Below are positions 59,830 through 64,000 of a stretch of DNA of 64,000 bases, in pieces. The notes below the pieces were generated by a model. It was not told the DNA's origin and ran no database searches. It was given only the letters and a program-made list of their open reading frames with translations. Source of the DNA: the human T2T-CHM13v2.0 reference genome, Homo sapiens; assembly GCF_009914755.1 (NCBI RefSeq), contig NC_060929.1; one strand, given 5' to 3'. Numbering within the stretch: position 1 is the stretch's first letter; every line of letters begins with the position of its first letter. The position numbers were made by a program, and so were the translations under genes.

Positions 59830-60215
59830 ACAACAGACTTTAAACTCTCTTGTGAAAGTTGTGCTAAATAATAGAATTAGCGAAACAGAAAAGTATCTGT
59901 GCAGCTGCTGACACTTGTGGCCTATGGAGAAATACATCAAATGTAGATTATAAAACTTCAATTGTAGGGGATTAATGAAAAGACCACTTAGTCAAGCGAG
60001 TAGACTCTTCATCTAGCTCATTCTTTAATCTATTTAATTTTAGGTGGTTTGGTTTATGGGGACCCTGGGTAAGGAGCATACTGCAAACTCTTGATATTAT
60101 CCTCCTCATAGTCATAATAATAGTCTCCCCAGTGCGCTGTATTCTCTCAAATGTTTTAAATGTTTGCATGCAGCAATCTCTAGAAAGTCAAATGCTCTCT
60201 CTTCAACTGGAATGA
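59830..60215 (+). pseudogene. ERV env TM-subunit remnant
   Basis: QTLNSLVKVVLNNRI (heptad repeat / ISD start), frameshifted SICAAADTCGLW (CX6CC-like), then WFGLWGPWVRSILQTLDIILLIVIIIVSPVRCIL (membrane anchor), ending at TGA 60213-60215. Confidence 0.75.
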
Positions 60216-62012
60216 CAAAAGCTGAAAGAAATGTGTGACCATGAGGACAATGTAACCTGTGAATGACATGCCAAGCCCGGAAACCCAAAATGGTGATAAC
60301 TGAGAGTAGTGCTAAGGCCCTAAGTTTTGGTCACACTGTTGTCTGAGTAAGAACCTGGCCAAAACAGGGAATTTAAAAAAAAAAAAAATTGTGGAAAGCC
60401 ATTATTTTTGACTGAGCTCATTTATTAGGCCCCAACCGACAAAATTAAATGGAGTCACTCATGCTACATGTGACATAATCCAAGACTTTAAGGAAACACG
60501 TAAATCCTAGAACAGACCAGACTTTGTTATTCTCCTGTATACAGGCCGTTCCAACATAAGGAGGCACCCTCTACTCAGGCCTTGTTCCCTCCTTGCAAAA
60601 CCCATTGTTCTACTGTTCACCAAAGGGTTTCAAGACCATATAAGTACATTTGCAAAATGATAGTAACATCAATGACTAAAGTTTTGGTCAATCTCTTAAA
60701 ATAGAGAAAATGACCAAAAAGGGGGAATTGCTAATGCAAACTAAATATGGCCTAAGAAGGACTCTATACTTCTATATTTGAGTCCCTGTGGATGAACTGT
60801 AACCTAGCTTAATAGTCAGACAAGATTGAAAACCTAACTTAGGAGTACACACCTGTAACAATAACTGAGTGTTGGCCAATCCCAGTGGCCATACTTCAAC
60901 CACTCATAGACGGCTAAGTGTTCAAACTATGTTCAAATAAGGCAAATGTCAACCTGTAACCAATCAAGCTGTTTCTGTACCTCACTGCTGATTTCTGTAC
61001 ATCATTTCCTTTTTTTTTTTTTTTTTGTCTGCAAACCTTCTTCCACCACATGGCTGCACTGGAGTCTCTGTGAATCTGCTGTGATTCTGGGGGCTGCCCA
61101 ATTTGGGAATCATTCATTGTTCAATTAAATTCCTTTAAATTTAATTCAGCTGAAGTTTTTACTTTACCAGGTGTAGGATGTCCCTTTTCACAAGTCAGTC
61201 ATTGATTATTGGCCATCTTGGCATTTGACTCCCTTTGGGGATAATTTTCCAGAGAAGGATGGAAAATTGAGTTGTTAGCCACAAACAATCTTAGCCCCTG
61301 GAGGATGGGAGTGCTAGATGGATTAGGTGATTTAGGGATAGTACTAGTAGCATCTTCTACAGTAACTAAGTCATCTTGATTAATTTAATTAACTCTTTAA
61401 AGCTTTTGTTTTCTCATTTATGAGAAAAATTGTATGGATGCTATAGAGGTGTAAGGGAAATCACAAAAAATGGTTTCTGTCAGAAACATAGCCTAACAAA
61501 AGCACTCAAATGTTTGCATTTAGAGAGTATTATGAGCATAAATATTCACTATTAGCAAAGTGGGAAAATGACGAAGACTGGTACTATACAAGGGAAGACA
61601 TACAATTGTCCAAAATATAGAACTGTTTATTCTTTCACTGCAAACTTAAAATGCATTACCATTTATTTCCTGTTAAAGATACAAAATCCAAGATAATGCT
61701 CAGTGTTGGCAAGGTGTCCATGTGGAAATAGAGGGCAATCTCCTACATTCCTATGAAAGATATAAATTAATCAGTTGTTTTCTGGAGGGCATATTGGAAA
61801 TCTATCTGAAGCTTTTAAAACATGCAAACCCTTCTAACCTGGACATTCTCACCTCCAAGAATTTACCTGTGGAAAATTTGACCAGATACTTAAAGCTACA
61901 AAGAAGCTTATAGTATTATATGAGTGTTGAAAAATTGGCATTGAACAAAAGAGCTAACAAAATAGAAAGGAATAATGATGACAAGGAAGTTACTATAAAC
62001 AATAATTGCTAT

Positions 62013-62714
62013 TGGGAATAATGCTGTAATGAACATACACATGCATGTCTTTATAATAGAATGATTTATATTCCTCTGGGTATATACCCAATAATGAGAT
62101 TGCTGGGTCAAATGGTATTTCTGTGTTTAGGTCTTTGAGGAATCACCACACTGTCTTCCACAATAGCTGAACTAACTTACACTCCCACCAACAGTACATA
62201 AGTATTCCTTTTCTCCACAACCCTGTCAGTATCTGCTATTTTATGACTTTTTAATAATAGTCATTCTGACTGATGTGAGATCATTTCTCATTGTGGTTTT
62301 GATTTGTGTTTCTCTAGTGATCAGTGATATTGTGCTTTTTTTATGATTGTTGGCCACATGTATGTCTTCTTTTGAGAATTGTCTGTTCATGTCCTTTGCC
62401 CACTTTTTAATGGGGTTGTCATTTTTTCTTGTAAAGTTAAATTCCTTATAGATGCTGGATATTAGATCTTTGTCAGATGTATAGTTTGCAAAAATTTTCT
62501 CCCATTCTGTAGGTTTTCTGTTTACTCTGTTGATAATTTCTTTTGCTTTGCAGAAGCTCTTTAGTTTAATTAGTCCCATTTGTCAATTTTTCCTTTTATT
62601 GCAATTGCTTTTGGTGTCTTTGTCATGAAATCGTTGCCTGTTCCTATGTCTTGAATGGTATTGCCTAGGTTATCTTCTGGAGTTTTTGTAGCTTTGGGTT
62701 TTACATTTAAGTCT
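62013..62714 (-). mobile_element. L1 (older L1PA/L1PB-like) ORF2 C-terminal fragment
   Basis: ORF 62241-62579 reads [31 protein letters not shown]...[18 protein letters not shown]. Confidence 0.92.
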
Positions 62715-64000
62715 TCATATGGTTTGGCTGTGTCCCCACCCAAATCTCATCTTTAGTTGTAGCTCCCATAATTTCCAAATGTCTGGAAAAGACTCAGTGG
62801 ATGGTAACTGAATCACGGGAATTCAGCATTGAATCCCATGCTGTTCTCATGATACTGAATGAGTCTCATGAGATCTGATGGTTTTATAAAGGGGAGTTCC
62901 CCTGCAAATGTTCTCTTTGTCTGCTGCCATGTAAGCTGTGACTTTGCTCCTCCTTCGCCTTCTGCCATGATTGTGTTGCCTTCCCAGCCATGTGGAACTA
63001 TGAGTCCATTAAACCTCTGTTTCTTAATAAATTACCCAGTCTCATGCTGTCTTTGTTAGCAGCATGAGAACAGACTAGTACAGTAAATTGGTTCTGGGTA
63101 GAGGGGTGCTGCAGTAAAGATACCCAAAAATGTGGAAGCAACTTTGGAACTGGGTAACAGGCAAAGGTTGGAACTGTTTGGAGGGCTCAAAGACAGGAAG
63201 ATGTGAGAAAGCTTGGAACTTCCTAGAAACTTGTTGAATGGCTTTAACCAAAATGCTGATAGTGATATGGACAATAAAATCCAGGCTGAGGTGGTCTCAG
63301 ATGGAGATGAGGAACTTGTTGAGAACTGGAGTACATGCCACTCTTGCTATGCAAAGAGACTGGCAGCATTTTGCCCCTGCCCTAGAGTTCTGTAGAACTT
63401 TGAACTTGAGAGAGATGATTTAGGGTATCTGGCAGAAGAAATTTCTAAGCAGCAAAGCACTCAAAAGGAAGCAGAGCAGAAAAATTTGGAAAATTGTCAC
63501 CTGACAATGCAGTAGAAAAGAAAACCCTAGTTTTTGGTGAGAAATTCAAGCCAGCTGCAGAAATTTGCATAAGTAACCAGAAGCCAAATGTTAATCACCA
63601 AGACAATAAAAATGTCTCCAAGGCATGTCAGAGACCTTTATGGCAGCCCCTCCCATCACAGGCCTGGAGGCCTAGAAGGAAAAAATGGTTTTGCAGGCTG
63701 GGCCCAGGGTCCTCTTGCTCTATGCAGCCTTGGGACATGGTGCCCTGCATCCCAGGTGCTTCAACTCCAGCCGTGGCTAAAAGGGGCCAACACACAGGTC
63801 AGGCCATTGCTTCAGAAACTACAAGCCCCAAGCCTTGGTGGCTTACATGAGGTGTTGGGCCTGTGGATGCACAGAAGTCAAGAATTGAGGTTTGGGAACC
63901 TCCACCTGGATTTCAGAGGATGTATGGAAACACCTGGATGTCCAGACAGAAGTTTGCTGCAGCAGTGGAGCCCTCATGAAAAACTTTGCTAGGGCAGTGC
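62715..64000 (+). mobile_element. THE1 (B/C-like) 5' LTR (62715-63082) plus THE1-int, cut by window edge
   Basis: atatggtttggctgtgtccccacccaaatctc...gactagtaca, then gtaaattgg and the MaLR internal ORF remnant ELPRNLLNGFNQNADSDMDNKIQAEVVSDGDEELV. Confidence 0.93.

Noticed and set aside
63213-63992. ORFs of 60-134 aa at the right edge
   Set aside because: These are fragments of the THE1 internal ORF, broken by stops and frameshifts.

Overview
Primate, almost certainly human, genomic DNA. The one protein-coding feature is exon 1 of ARL15 on the minus strand: ATG at 20052, encoding MSDLRITEAFLYMDYL, then a GTAGGT donor at 20004, inside a CpG island at about 19.4-20.8 kb. Positions 1-20004 are therefore ARL15 intron 1, and 20.2-64 kb is upstream or intergenic DNA. 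The rest is mostly interspersed repeats: about 20 Alus (one a young AluYa5), MIR/L2/old L1 fragments, Tigger and hAT relics, MaLR LTRs, a decayed ERVL, a 5-kb old L1, a two-LTR MER57A provirus, and a THE1 element cut off by the right edge. Nearly all ORFs in the supplied track are repeat-derived or chance. I found no convincing novel multi-gene system. The strongest second-look items are: a textbook BREu+TATA core promoter pointing away from ARL15; a Met-Leu-stop uORF and a signal-peptide-like open frame upstream of the ARL15 ATG; a candidate poison exon; a THE1 LTR whose DUX4-type site has become an ETS+AP-1 composite; an AluY junction carrying inverted target-site copies; three short tandem duplications; and a duplicated hairpin+PPT in the MER57A provirus. 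Repeat family names come from recalled consensus sequences, not from a RepeatMasker run, and boundaries of old repeats are approximate.
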